A stretch of DNA of 64,000 bases. Source: an uncultured Amnibacterium sp. GTDB lineage: Bacteria; Actinomycetota; Actinomycetes; Actinomycetales; Microbacteriaceae. Below, one piece after another: positions 45,670 to 56,652 of the stretch. The position numbers and the translations under genes are program-made. The notes below the pieces were generated by a model. The model saw only the letters and a program-made list of their open reading frames with translations. It was not told the DNA's origin and did no database searches. Numbering within the stretch: position 1 is the first letter of the stretch; the number at the start of each line of letters is the position of its first letter. The DNA lies in assembly GCF_964250715.1 (NCBI RefSeq), contig NZ_CAXUGX010000003.1, positions 116,368 through 180,367 of the forward strand, in the 5' to 3' direction.

Positions 45670-47217
45670 TCAGCCGTTCACGAATCGATCGGCGAACGAC
45701 TCGGCGATCGCCAACACCGCAGCATGGACCGGGCCGGCGGTGATCGACGGGATCACTGACGCGTCGACCACGGAGCAGTTGGTGAGGCCCCGCAGTCGCA
45801 GGTCGGGCGTGACGGGAGCATCGTCGGTCGCACCCATGCTCAGGGTTCCGACGGGGTGATGGTGGGTGATCGCCGCCCGCTGGATGAACGAGTCGACGGC
45901 ATCCGCGGCCGCCACGGATGCCCCGGGCAGCAGCTCCTCGCCGCGCCACTCGGCCATACCTGCCGACGAGCCCACCAGCCGGGCGCGCTCGAGGGCGGCA
46001 CGGAACGTCGCCCGGTCGTGCTCTGTGTCGAGGTAGTTGGGGTCGACGATCGGCGCCGCGTCGACGGCGGGTCCGCTGATCCGCACCGACCCGCGACTGG
46101 TCGGGTTGGTCACCCCGAAGAGCAGCGAGTACGCGCCGCCGGCGGGCAGGTCCGCAAGGCCGGGCTGGTAGACCTCCGAGCCACTCGGCCCGACGACGCA
46201 GCCGACCACGACGTCCGGCGCTCCGCTGACGGCATCGAGTGCGCCGAGCGAGAGGTAGGTCATCGACTCGGAGAGCTGCAGGCGCGACGGAGGGACGGTC
46301 CGCGCTGCCGCGTAGACGTTGCCCGCACCGAGCAGATGGTCGTGCAGGTTGCGCCCCACGCCGGTCGACTCGACGAGGGTCTGCACGGCCGCCGCGGCGA
46401 GCACCGTCGGATCCCCGACTCCGGAGCGCATCAGCAGCAGCGGGTCGGCGAGCGAGCCGGCGCACAGGATGACGGCATCCGCTTCGACGCGTTCGAGCCT
46501 GCCGCGCACCTCGTACTCCGTTCCGACGACGCGGTCGCCGTCGATGACGAGTCGATGTACCGTCGCGCCCTCGACGACGGTCAGATTGGGGCGGTCGAGC
46601 ACCGGGTCGAGGTACACGTCGGCGACGGTGACGCGGCTGCCGTTGCGGATCGTCAGCGAGTTCGGGGTCGCACCCAGCATCTCGCCGCCGTTGTGGTCGG
46701 GGATGCGGGGCACGCCGAGCGTCGTCCAGGCGTCGAGGTAGCTCTGCACGAGCGGGCTGCTGAGGTCCGGGCCGGGCAGCAGCACCGGGAGCGGACCGTC
46801 TGCGCCGTGCACGTCGCTCGCGCCACCCGAGAACGATTCGTACCCGATGAAGTACGGCAGGAGAGACTCCCAGGACCAGCGGTCATCGCCCGTGGCGGCG
46901 ACCCAGCGATCGAAGTCGGCACGGCACCCCCGCATGTGCGCCATGGCGTGCATCGTGCTCGATCCACCGAGGCCCCTGCCGCGTGGCCAGTCGAGTGACC
47001 TGCCGGCGAGGCCGGGCTGCGGAGTCGTCTCGTAAGCCCAGTCGTACGACTTGCCGTAGTTGAACGGCCATCGCTCCGGCCGACGCATGTCGGGATCGGT
47101 GATCCGTCCGCCCGCCTCGAGCACCACGACGCGCCTGGACGGATCTGCGCTCAGTCGGTTGGCGAGCACGCATCCGGCGGAGCCCGCTCCGATGATCAGA
47201 ACGTCATGAGCGGTCAT
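45670..47217 (-). CDS. GMC-family FAD oxidoreductase (pyridoxine 4-oxidase-like or 4-pyridoxate dehydrogenase-like)
   Basis: 515 aa. DVLIIGAGSAGCVLANRLS, GRGLGGSSTMHAMAHMRG, C-terminal HHHPVGTLSMG. No C-terminal TM anchor. Confidence 0.85.
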   Translation of the reverse strand: MTAHDVLIIGAGSAGCVLANRLSADPSRRVVVLEAGGRITDPDMRRPERWPFNYGKSYDWAYETTPQPGLAGRSLDWPRGRGLGGSSTMHAMAHMRGCRADFDRWVAATGDDRWSWESLLPYFIGYESFSGGASDVHGADGPLPVLLPGPDLSSPLVQSYLDAWTTLGVPRIPDHNGGEMLGATPNSLTIRNGSRVTVADVYLDPVLDRPNLTVVEGATVHRLVIDGDRVVGTEYEVRGRLERVEADAVILCAGSLADPLLLMRSGVGDPTVLAAAAVQTLVESTGVGRNLHDHLLGAGNVYAAARTVPPSRLQLSESMTYLSLGALDAVSGAPDVVVGCVVGPSGSEVYQPGLADLPAGGAYSLLFGVTNPTSRGSVRISGPAVDAAPIVDPNYLDTEHDRATFRAALERARLVGSSAGMAEWRGEELLPGASVAAADAVDSFIQRAAITHHHPVGTLSMGATDDAPVTPDLRLRGLTNCSVVDASVIPSITAGPVHAAVLAIAESFADRFVNG

Positions 47218-47220
47218 GGC

Positions 47221-47949
47221 TCAGTTGCGGGTATGGCCGCCATCGACCACGAGGGTCTGTCCGGTGATCCAGCCGGCTTTCTCCGAGGCGAGGAAGGCGA
47301 CGGCGGGAGCGATGTCCGCCGGCACGCCCCTGCGGTCGAAAGCCTGGGCAGGCAGCACATAGGCGAACCCTTCGTTGTGGGGGCTCGCGAGCACGCCCTC
47401 GGTCTCGGTCAGCCCCGGGGCGACGGCGTTGATGGTGATGCCGTCCTTGCCGATCTCACCGGCGAGCGCGCGGACGAAGCCGATGGACCCACCCTTGGTC
47501 GCGACGTAGTGCGCGAGGTTGGGCGTGCCCGCCACGAAGGTGTTCGAGGCGATGTTGACGATGCGGCCGTACCCCGCCGCGGCCATCACCGGAATGATCG
47601 ACTTCGTCATGAGGAACATGCCGTCGAGGTTCACCGACATGACCCGGCGCCACTCGGCGAAATCCAGCTCGGGCCACGGCACGAAGGGAACCAGCGCCGC
47701 GTTGTTCACGAGGATGTCGATGCGGCCCAACTCGTCGACGACCTCCGCGGCGAAGGCGGCGACCTGCTCGGGGTCGCTGACGTCGAGCTTCTTCGCGACG
47801 CCGCCGATCTCTGCAGCGACCGTGGTCGCGCCGTCGAGGTTGATGTCGGCCACGACCACTGTGCAGCCGTCCGACGCGAGTTCCTTGGCGATCGCGGCAC
47901 CGATGCCCTGTGCTGCTCCGGTGACGACGGCGACGCGCTGCTCAGTCAT
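47221..47949 (-). CDS. classical SDR, pyridoxal 4-dehydrogenase-like by context
   Basis: 242 aa. VVTGAAQGIG, NNAA, YVATK. Confidence 0.8.
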   Translation of the reverse strand: MTEQRVAVVTGAAQGIGAAIAKELASDGCTVVVADINLDGATTVAAEIGGVAKKLDVSDPEQVAAFAAEVVDELGRIDILVNNAALVPFVPWPELDFAEWRRVMSVNLDGMFLMTKSIIPVMAAAGYGRIVNIASNTFVAGTPNLAHYVATKGGSIGFVRALAGEIGKDGITINAVAPGLTETEGVLASPHNEGFAYVLPAQAFDRRGVPADIAPAVAFLASEKAGWITGQTLVVDGGHTRN

Positions 47950-48012
47950 GTGCTCTTGCTCTCTCGTTCTTTGGAGGATCGGGTCGGATCGGGTCGTGTT
48001 CGTCAGCGTCGT

Positions 48013-48771
48013 TCACGCGCCGCCGTAGTTGTCCGGGGCGAGCTTCCAGCCCTGGTAGGAGGCGAGTTCGTGCGACGGATAGATGTCGGCATCGCGCGTG
48101 CGGGCGAGGTAGTTGAGGCGGCGGATCGCCTCGACCGACTTGGTCGGGTCCAGGTGGAATCCCGCGATCCACTCCTTCTCGAGCGTGGTGCGCGTGTACG
48201 CGGCGTCGCCGCAGAACAGCATGTTGCGCTCGTGCTCCAGCTCGATCAGCAGCGAGTAATGACCGATGGTGTGGCCGGGGGTTTCGAAGAGCCAGACGCC
48301 GGGGACGATCTCGTAGTCGCCGGAGATCGGCTTGTACGTGACCGCGGGGTGGTCGAACGAGACGTCGGAGTAGCCGAGGCGCTCGAACGGCTCGGGAACC
48401 TTGGCGTGGCGCAACTCCTCCTTGTGCACGAGCGTGGTCGCGTTCGTGAGGTATTTGTTGCCGCCCACATGGTCGAAGTGGAAGTGCGAGTTGACCACGA
48501 TGTCCACGTCCTCCGGCTTGTAGCCGCAGAGGGCGAGCTGCGCGGGGATCGTCTGTTCGGGGGTCTGGAGCGGCTCCTCGAACGGCAGCACGGCGTTCAC
48601 GTGGTCCAGGTCGTAGCCGGTGTCGTACAGGATCAGTGCATCGGGATGCTCGATGAGCACCGAGTACACGGGGAATCGCACGGGGGTTCCGGCGTCGATG
48701 TGCCAGTGGACGTCCGACGCGTCGATGACGAGGGTTCCGCCGTCGAGCAGGTACACCTTCGAATCGGTCAT
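48013..48771 (-). CDS. metallo-beta-lactamase-fold lactonase, 4-pyridoxolactonase-like
   Basis: 252 aa. SHFHFDHVGG (HxHxDH), TPGHTIGH, CGDAAY. Confidence 0.8.
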   Translation of the reverse strand: MTDSKVYLLDGGTLVIDASDVHWHIDAGTPVRFPVYSVLIEHPDALILYDTGYDLDHVNAVLPFEEPLQTPEQTIPAQLALCGYKPEDVDIVVNSHFHFDHVGGNKYLTNATTLVHKEELRHAKVPEPFERLGYSDVSFDHPAVTYKPISGDYEIVPGVWLFETPGHTIGHYSLLIELEHERNMLFCGDAAYTRTTLEKEWIAGFHLDPTKSVEAIRRLNYLARTRDADIYPSHELASYQGWKLAPDNYGGA

Positions 48772-48851
48772 TGCTTCCTCCGGAGGGGACTGTCTCGTTC
48801 CAGCACGATGGTCGCAGTGCGCGAGTTTTCACCCTGCGCTAATTCGGCATC

Positions 48852-48881
48852 ACAGTATGAGAAGTGACCTGCACGGGTCAA
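48852..48881 (-). promoter_or_regulatory. candidate promoter with overlapping palindrome upstream of the lactonase operon
   Basis: Minus strand: TTGACC (48876-48881), 18 nt, TACTGT (48852-48857). The -35 lies inside the near-palindrome TGACCCGTGCAGGTCA (48865-48880). Confidence 0.3.
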
Positions 48882-48932
48882 GACCTCGGCCGGTGGCGCC
48901 CAGCCCGTCTTCACACGACTGAAACAGAGCGG

Positions 48933-49409
48933 TCACGGAAGCGGTGTGGGTGGGGGCGTGGCCAGTCGCCGGCCGTCCTCGAAGCGCGCCTCACCGGAGT
49001 AGAGCTCCCAGACGTAGCAATGGTCGAGCATCGGCGTCGTGTCGAAGTCGCCGATGCAGGTGGCGTCCTGGTACCTGGGCGTGCCGTGCAGGTCGTAGTA
49101 CACGCGACAGAGGACCTTCCAGGTGCCCCCCTTGGCGACGGCGGGGTCGTTGAAGAGATGTTCGGAGGGGGTCCAGCAGGCGGTCGACCGGACCGTCCCT
49201 CCGCGGAGTTTCAGCGCCTTCGGTGCCACGTTCGAGAGCTGCACGAACGCGGCGGTGTCCAGCGGGACGACTGCCACGTTGGTGGCCATCGGCATCGGCG
49301 AGCCGGCTGGTGTCGAGCTGGCCGACGGCGGATTCGTTGTCTGGCGGGCACATCCGGCGAGCACGAGCAGCATGATCAGGCAGGTGGCGAACCGGGACCG
49401 GGCTCGCAT
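48933..49409 (-). CDS. secreted Cys-containing lipoprotein of unknown function
   Basis: 158 aa from MRARSRFATCLIMLLVLAGCA (lipobox LAGC). Pro/Ser linker then a ~110-aa domain with 4 Cys. Confidence 0.6.
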   Translation of the reverse strand: MRARSRFATCLIMLLVLAGCARQTTNPPSASSTPAGSPMPMATNVAVVPLDTAAFVQLSNVAPKALKLRGGTVRSTACWTPSEHLFNDPAVAKGGTWKVLCRVYYDLHGTPRYQDATCIGDFDTTPMLDHCYVWELYSGEARFEDGRRLATPPPTPLP

Positions 49410-49474
49410 CACCAGGGTCACCCGTTCATTAAGCGGTCCGGGCGTGAAGGTTACGTTTCGACCCTGTAAAAACC

Positions 49475-49542
49475 CGTTCTCATGCGTTGACCGGCGTCTC
49501 GTCGTTCTCATAGTGTCAGCAACCGTTGACACATCGTGAGAA
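49475..49542. promoter_or_regulatory. repeated half-sites and a 38-bp palindrome upstream of the BMP transporter operon (candidate operator)
   Basis: CGTTCTCAT and CGTTGAC each occur twice. TTCTCA-ta-GTGTCA-gcaaccgt-TGACAC-atcg-TGAGAA spans 49505-49542. Lies between the divergent starts 49409(-) and 49593(+). Confidence 0.45.
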
Positions 49543-49592
49543 TCGGTGGCATCCCGCCAGACCGGATCACCGACCGAGAGGAACGCTTTCTC

Positions 49593-50681
49593 ATGCACAG
49601 CCCCACCTCGTTCGCCAGGCGATCGTTCAGTACCAGACGCGCGGTACCCCTGTTCACGGCGATCGCGCTTGCGGCCGTCCTCACCGGATGCGCGGGCCGC
49701 GGCACCGCCCCGGCCAACCCCTCCGCGAAGACGGATTTCACGACCGTCACGATCGTCACCCCTGCAACCGAGTCCGACCACGGTTGGAACCAGATGGGGC
49801 TCGCGGGAGCGAAGGCGGCCGCCGCGGCCACCTCGATGAAGCTCGCAAGCGACACGAACGTCGGATACGACAACACCCAGACGATCCTCACGCAGGCCGC
49901 TCAGAAGTCCGGCGTCGGCTTCGTCATCGCCCATGCCAGCGGATTCGGCCAGGCCGCGGCATCGGCGAACGCCAAGACGGGCGTGCCGTTCCTCATCACC
50001 GACGTGCCGACCGCACAGGTGAAGAACAAGATCGGCGTCATCACGTTCAGTGCGCAGCAGGGCGGGTACCTGGCCGGCATCGCCGCAGCGAAGACGACGA
50101 AGACGAACAAGCTCGGGATCGCCATCTCGGCCGACGATGTCAACTGGTTCACGATGTCCGGCGGCTTCATCGCCGGCGCGAAGAGCGTGAACCCCTCAAT
50201 CAAGGTCAATGTCGCCTACATCGGCGCAGCCTCCTACGACGACTCGGCCGGCGGCAAGAAGGTCGTCCAGCAGCTCATCGCCGCGGGTGACGACGTGATC
50301 TTCGGCATGGGCGACGGCGCCACGGTCGGCTACGTCGCAGCAGTCGACGAGGCCAACCAGGCCGGTAACAAGGTGAAGTACATCGCCGACATCGGTGATG
50401 TCTCCGATCTCGTGACCAACCCCGACGAGGTGCTGACCTCGGTGCTGTGGATCTTCGACGGCGCGTACACGCAGGCGATCAAGGACATCAAGGCCGGTTC
50501 GTTCGCCAGGGCGCCCTACGACCTCAATCTGAAGAATGGTGGCATCAAGCTCCAGAAGACCGCCGACATGACCGCGGACATCACGGCTGCGACCACCAAG
50601 GCGCAAGCCGGTATCGAGGACGGCAGTATCGCGGTGCCGGACACCACCACGAAGAAACAGTTGACGGCGCTGCTCAACTGA
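49593..50681 (+). CDS. BMP/PnrA-family ABC substrate-binding lipoprotein
   Basis: 362 aa from MHSPTSFARR... Lipobox LTGCAG. Bmp-family blocks (SDHGWNQ, GFGQAA, FGMGDGATVGY). Confidence 0.8.
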   Translation: MHSPTSFARRSFSTRRAVPLFTAIALAAVLTGCAGRGTAPANPSAKTDFTTVTIVTPATESDHGWNQMGLAGAKAAAAATSMKLASDTNVGYDNTQTILTQAAQKSGVGFVIAHASGFGQAAASANAKTGVPFLITDVPTAQVKNKIGVITFSAQQGGYLAGIAAAKTTKTNKLGIAISADDVNWFTMSGGFIAGAKSVNPSIKVNVAYIGAASYDDSAGGKKVVQQLIAAGDDVIFGMGDGATVGYVAAVDEANQAGNKVKYIADIGDVSDLVTNPDEVLTSVLWIFDGAYTQAIKDIKAGSFARAPYDLNLKNGGIKLQKTADMTADITAATTKAQAGIEDGSIAVPDTTTKKQLTALLN

Positions 50682-50792
50682 CTCGAGCGGAGCAGGGGGA
50701 GGCCGGGCGGCCCGAGTCAGACTCTCGCCCGTTCTCCCCACTGCACCGGTCACGAACTGCACCGACCACGAATCGAAGGGCCGGACACCGCG

Positions 50793-52398
<1,606 letters not shown>

Positions 52399-52412
<14 letters not shown>

Positions 52413-53598
52413 GACCCCGACCGAGAGCACGGACGGACTCACCAGCGACATCACGCCGCTCGACGACGACGCGGAACTGGTGACCACCCAGAAGTCGTCC
52501 CCCCGCAGGCGTGCCTTCGACATCGTCGTGCGCTCCATCGTCCCGATCGTGCTCGCTTTGATCGTGGCCGCCCTGATCCTGCTCGCCCTCGGCAAGAATC
52601 CGCTTCAGTTCTACGGCGCCGTCATCGAGAACGGGCTCATGGGCCAGAACTGGCAGAACAGCCTCGTCATGATGACGCCGCTGCTGCTCATCGCGATCGG
52701 CCTGATCGTGGTGTTCCGAGGCCAGCTGTGGAACCTCGGGTACGACGGGCAGTTCCTGCTGAGCGGTGTCGTCGTCGCCGGTCTCGCCCCGCAGCTCATC
52801 GGCGCGACATCCCCCGGCGTCGCCTATCTCGTGCTGACGATCGCCGCGATCGCCATCGCCGCCGCGTGGACTCTCATCCCCGCGTGGCTCAAAGCCTATT
52901 TCGGGACCAACGAGATCATCACGACGATCGTGATGTCGACGATCGGCGTGGGACTCACCAACATCCTGATCGAGTACGTCTTTCAGAACCCGGAGGTCCG
53001 CACACCCCAGACCAGGGCCATCGATCCGGGGGACCTCCTGCCCTACATCCCGGGTACGCAGGTGACCATCGGCTTCCTCGTGGCGATCGTGGTCGCCGTC
53101 GCGTTCCAATTCGTGCTCAGCCGCACCTCGTTCGGCTTGCGTCTCGACGTCTTCGGATCGAGTGCGAAGGCCGCCCGTCACGTGGGGATCAACTCGCGCA
53201 CCATGACGATCCTGCTGTTCCTGATCAGTGGCGGCTTGATCGGTCTGGCGGCGGCGATGGACATCTTCGGCCAGTGGGGCTACATGCGCACCAACTGGAA
53301 CCCTTCCTACGGCAACGCGATTCTGCCGTTCGTCTTCCTCGCCCGGCTGAGCCCGGTTGGATCGATCCCGTTCATCGCCTTCTACTCGGTGTTCGCGACC
53401 GGCGGCACCATCGCCGCGCAGGAGTCGAACGTGTCCGTGAACTTTCTGCAGATCGTCGTCGCGCTCATCCTCGTGTTCATGACCGTGACGGAATACATCG
53501 GGACCAAGCGCGACCTCGGCCAGAGCTACCTGCCCGACGAGCTGAAGGGCGCGATCCGCAGACCCCTCAGCGCCCTCACAGGAAGAGTGCGCCCGTGA
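52399..53598 (+). CDS. ABC permease (NupB/RbsC type)
   Basis: About 400 aa with a hydrophilic N-tail then 9-10 TM. Start ATG 52399 or GTG 52393. Overlaps the ATPase end. Confidence 0.8.
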
Positions 53599-54527
53599 CC
53601 GACCTCATGACGCCCACGTTCATCGCGGCATTCATCGTCGCCTGCCTCGCGGGCGCGATTCCCCTCATGCTGGCGTCCATCGGAGAGACGGTGGGTGAGC
53701 AGTCGGGCGTGCTGAACCTCGGCATCGAGGGCGTCATGCTCATGGGCGGGTACTTCGGGTACGTCGTCGCACTCGGCACACATTCCACCTGGCTCGGGAT
53801 GCTCGGAGGCCTGGTCGCCGGCGCCGTCACCTCGCTCGTGCTGCTGATCCTGAATGTCTGGTTCGGGCTGAACCAGATCGTGGTCGGTATCGCGATCACC
53901 GCCGCGGGCGGTGGAATCACAACCGTTCTCTACGACCAGCTCTATGCGCAGACCGCGCCGCGCGTCGTGACCGACAACTGGACGATCCCGGTGCTGTCGG
54001 ACATTCCGGTGGTCGGGCACTCGCTCTTCAGTCAGCCCGCGATGTTCTGGGTATCGCTCGTGATCGCGGTCATCGTGGCGTGGTTCCTGATCAGAACCAA
54101 TTGGGGCCTCAGCATCAGAGCCGCCGGGCAGAAGCCGTCGTCACTCGACGCCGCCGGTGGCAGCGTGATGCGAACCCGTTCGCAGGCGGTGCTGCTGGGG
54201 GGTGTGCTCTCCGGTCTCGGCGGTGCATACCTCTCCGTGCTCGCGACCAGCGCGTTCACGCCCTTCATGACGAACGGGCTCGGCTACATCGCGATCGTGG
54301 TGACGATGCTCTCGCGCGGCAAGATCCTGCGGGTCGTCATCGTGTCCCTGCTCTACGGCGTGACGATCGCGGTCGGGACCGTCCTGCAGCTGACCAGCCT
54401 GAACGTCTCGACGGACCTGATCACGATGCTGCCGTACATCGTGGTCATGATCGTGCTGCTGATCTTCGGCCGGGACGTCAACAACTCGCCCGTTCTCGGT
54501 GCGCCGTACACCCGCGGCGCGCGCTGA
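53595..54527 (+). CDS. ABC permease (NupC/RbsC type)
   Basis: 310 aa. GTG 53595 overlaps the previous TGA (GTGA). Multi-TM. Confidence 0.8.
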   Translation: MTDLMTPTFIAAFIVACLAGAIPLMLASIGETVGEQSGVLNLGIEGVMLMGGYFGYVVALGTHSTWLGMLGGLVAGAVTSLVLLILNVWFGLNQIVVGIAITAAGGGITTVLYDQLYAQTAPRVVTDNWTIPVLSDIPVVGHSLFSQPAMFWVSLVIAVIVAWFLIRTNWGLSIRAAGQKPSSLDAAGGSVMRTRSQAVLLGGVLSGLGGAYLSVLATSAFTPFMTNGLGYIAIVVTMLSRGKILRVVIVSLLYGVTIAVGTVLQLTSLNVSTDLITMLPYIVVMIVLLIFGRDVNNSPVLGAPYTRGAR

Positions 54528-54578
54528 CGCCGCAGTTCGTTTCACCACAGCCTCCGCGCACGACAGAGAGGATCGACG

Positions 54579-55736
54579 TTGGTCCGGTTGGATTTCACCC
54601 TCGCCGCGGGGCCGACAGTCGCCTCCCCGCGCACGCTTGCGGCGCTCGGGATGCCGATCACCTACCACTACGACCCCGACTTTCTCGCGCTGTTCCGGCG
54701 GACCGAGCGCAAGGTCGCCGAGCTGTTCCGCACGAAGAACGACGTCGTGCTCATGCAGGGCGAGGCCATCGTCGGTCTCGAGGGCGCTGCGCGTTCCCTG
54801 GTGCGGCCCGGCATGCACGTGCTCAATCTCGTGCAGGGCGTGTTCGGGAAAGGCATGGGGTACTGGCTCACCGATTTCGGCGCCGTGCTCCACGAGATCC
54901 AGGTTCCGTACAACGAGGCGGTCGATCCGGAAGCGGTGGAGCAGTACCTCGATGCGCACCCCGAGGTGGAGCTGGTCACCCTGGTCGCGTCGGAGACCCC
55001 GTCGGGAACCGTGACCGACATCGCGCGGATCGGACCGATCTGTCGATCCCGTGGTGTCCTGACCCTCGTGGACACCGTCTCCGGAGTCGGCGGGATGGAG
55101 TTCTTGACGGACGACTGGGGTCTCGACGTCTGCGTCGCCGGCGCCCAGAAGTGCCTCGGGGGCCCTCCCGGCGTCGCCCTCGTGACCGTGAGCCCAGCTG
55201 CGTGGGATTCGATGCTCGCGAATGATCATGCGCCGCGGTCTTCCTATCTTTCGCTCATCGACTGGAAGACGAAGTGGCTCGAGGGTGGCGCCTTCCCGTA
55301 CACGCCCTCGGTCTCGGACATGCACGGCCTCGAGGCATGCCTCGACGAGATCCTGGAGGAAGGGGTGGATGCGTCGATCGCGCGTCACTTCGCCTCGGCC
55401 GAGGTCGCCCGCGCAGGTGTCCGGGCCATGGGCCTCGAGCTGTGGCCGGTCAGCGACGACATCGCCGCCTCGTGCGTGACCAGCGTGCGCCTGCCCGACG
55501 CCGTCGACCACATCGCGGTCCGTACGCACGTGCGCGAACGCTACGGTGTGATGCTGTCGAGTGGTCAGGGCGCCGGCAACCTCATTAGGGTCGCTCACAT
55601 GGGTCCGACGGCCAGCGGTCTCCATCCCGTGGTCGGCGTTGCTGCGCTCGGGCGGAGCCTCGTTGATCTCGGGCAGCACGTGAAGGTCGGCGACGGGGTC
55701 GAGGCGGCGCTCGCTTTGCTCAGTAACCAGCAGTGA
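54579..55736 (+). CDS. class-V aminotransferase, paralog of 39220..40380 (pyridoxamine-pyruvate aminotransferase-like, copy 2)
   Basis: 385 aa. Collinear with copy 1 over the full length (roughly 60% identical by eye). PLP-lysine block AGAQKCLGGP. Confidence 0.8.
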   Translation: MVRLDFTLAAGPTVASPRTLAALGMPITYHYDPDFLALFRRTERKVAELFRTKNDVVLMQGEAIVGLEGAARSLVRPGMHVLNLVQGVFGKGMGYWLTDFGAVLHEIQVPYNEAVDPEAVEQYLDAHPEVELVTLVASETPSGTVTDIARIGPICRSRGVLTLVDTVSGVGGMEFLTDDWGLDVCVAGAQKCLGGPPGVALVTVSPAAWDSMLANDHAPRSSYLSLIDWKTKWLEGGAFPYTPSVSDMHGLEACLDEILEEGVDASIARHFASAEVARAGVRAMGLELWPVSDDIAASCVTSVRLPDAVDHIAVRTHVRERYGVMLSSGQGAGNLIRVAHMGPTASGLHPVVGVAALGRSLVDLGQHVKVGDGVEAALALLSNQQ

Positions 55737-55784
55737 AGAGCGGTGGCGTACGCGCTCGGGTTTTGACGGTGACCGGTCAGAGAG

Positions 55785-56549
55785 GTGTCGAGGATGGCCT
55801 CTCAGCGGACTAAGGGGGTCGACAGCGCGCGTCGCGTGCTCGAGATCCTGCTGCAATTCAGCGAGAGCAAACCCGAGCTGACGGTGGACGAGATCCTCGA
55901 GATGCACGGCATCTCGTTGCCGAGTGCCTATCGCTATCTGTCACTGCTGCGCGAGATGTACCTCATCGAGGAGCGGGGCAAGGGTTCCTACGTGCTGTCG
56001 CCGGAGATCCTGCAGCTGGCCCAGGCCGCGGAACGTACGCTCGACTACCGCGTGGAGGCCCAGCCCGTACTCGACAGGCTCGCGGCATCGACCGGCGAGA
56101 CCGCCCTCTACCTGCGCCAGCTCAACGATGCGGCGGTGTGCCTGACGATCTCCGAATCAGATCACGCCATCAGCATCTCCTTCCGGCCGGGTCACGTGAT
56201 GCCGCTCCACGCCGGTGCCGGAGCGAAGGTGCTGCTCGCAGGGTTCACCGACGCGCGGCGCGCGCAATATCTCAATCGGCTCACGCCTCCGCTCGACCCC
56301 GCCGTGCGGGAGCGGCTGGACAAGGACCTCGACACGCTTCGCGATACCCATTTCTCGATCAGCGAGGGCGAGGTCGACGAGGGTCTGTGGGCGTGCGCTG
56401 CCCCGGTCCACGCGCGGGGCCAGCTGGTCGGTGCAGTCTCGGTGGTCGCGCCCGCGTACCGCGTCGACGAGGACGCGCGCGCCAGCATCGGCGTTGCCGT
56501 TCGGGCTGAGGCGAAAGAACTCGAGGCGGTGCTGGCAGAGGCGCGCTGA
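55785..56549 (+). CDS. IclR-family transcriptional regulator
   Basis: 254 aa. N-terminal wHTH (SARRVLEILLQFSE..LTVDEILEMHGISLPSAYRYLSLL) plus IclR effector domain. Confidence 0.85.
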   Translation: MSRMASQRTKGVDSARRVLEILLQFSESKPELTVDEILEMHGISLPSAYRYLSLLREMYLIEERGKGSYVLSPEILQLAQAAERTLDYRVEAQPVLDRLAASTGETALYLRQLNDAAVCLTISESDHAISISFRPGHVMPLHAGAGAKVLLAGFTDARRAQYLNRLTPPLDPAVRERLDKDLDTLRDTHFSISEGEVDEGLWACAAPVHARGQLVGAVSVVAPAYRVDEDARASIGVAVRAEAKELEAVLAEAR

Positions 56550-56652
56550 GCATCTGCCAGTCCAAGGAACGACTCCGGACAGAACCGAGGAGTTCCAACC
56601 TCCGGCTCGGTGGCTGCGTGAGTGGTCCAGGCCCGACGGGCAGGCTGGGCCC

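Noticed and set aside
47206-48867. 553-aa plus-strand ORF
   Set aside because: It is antisense to the SDR and lactonase genes, with low-complexity Arg/Gly/Asp/Val composition.
54141-55907. 588-aa minus-strand ORF
   Set aside because: It is antisense to the permease and to aminotransferase copy 2, and has no motifs.
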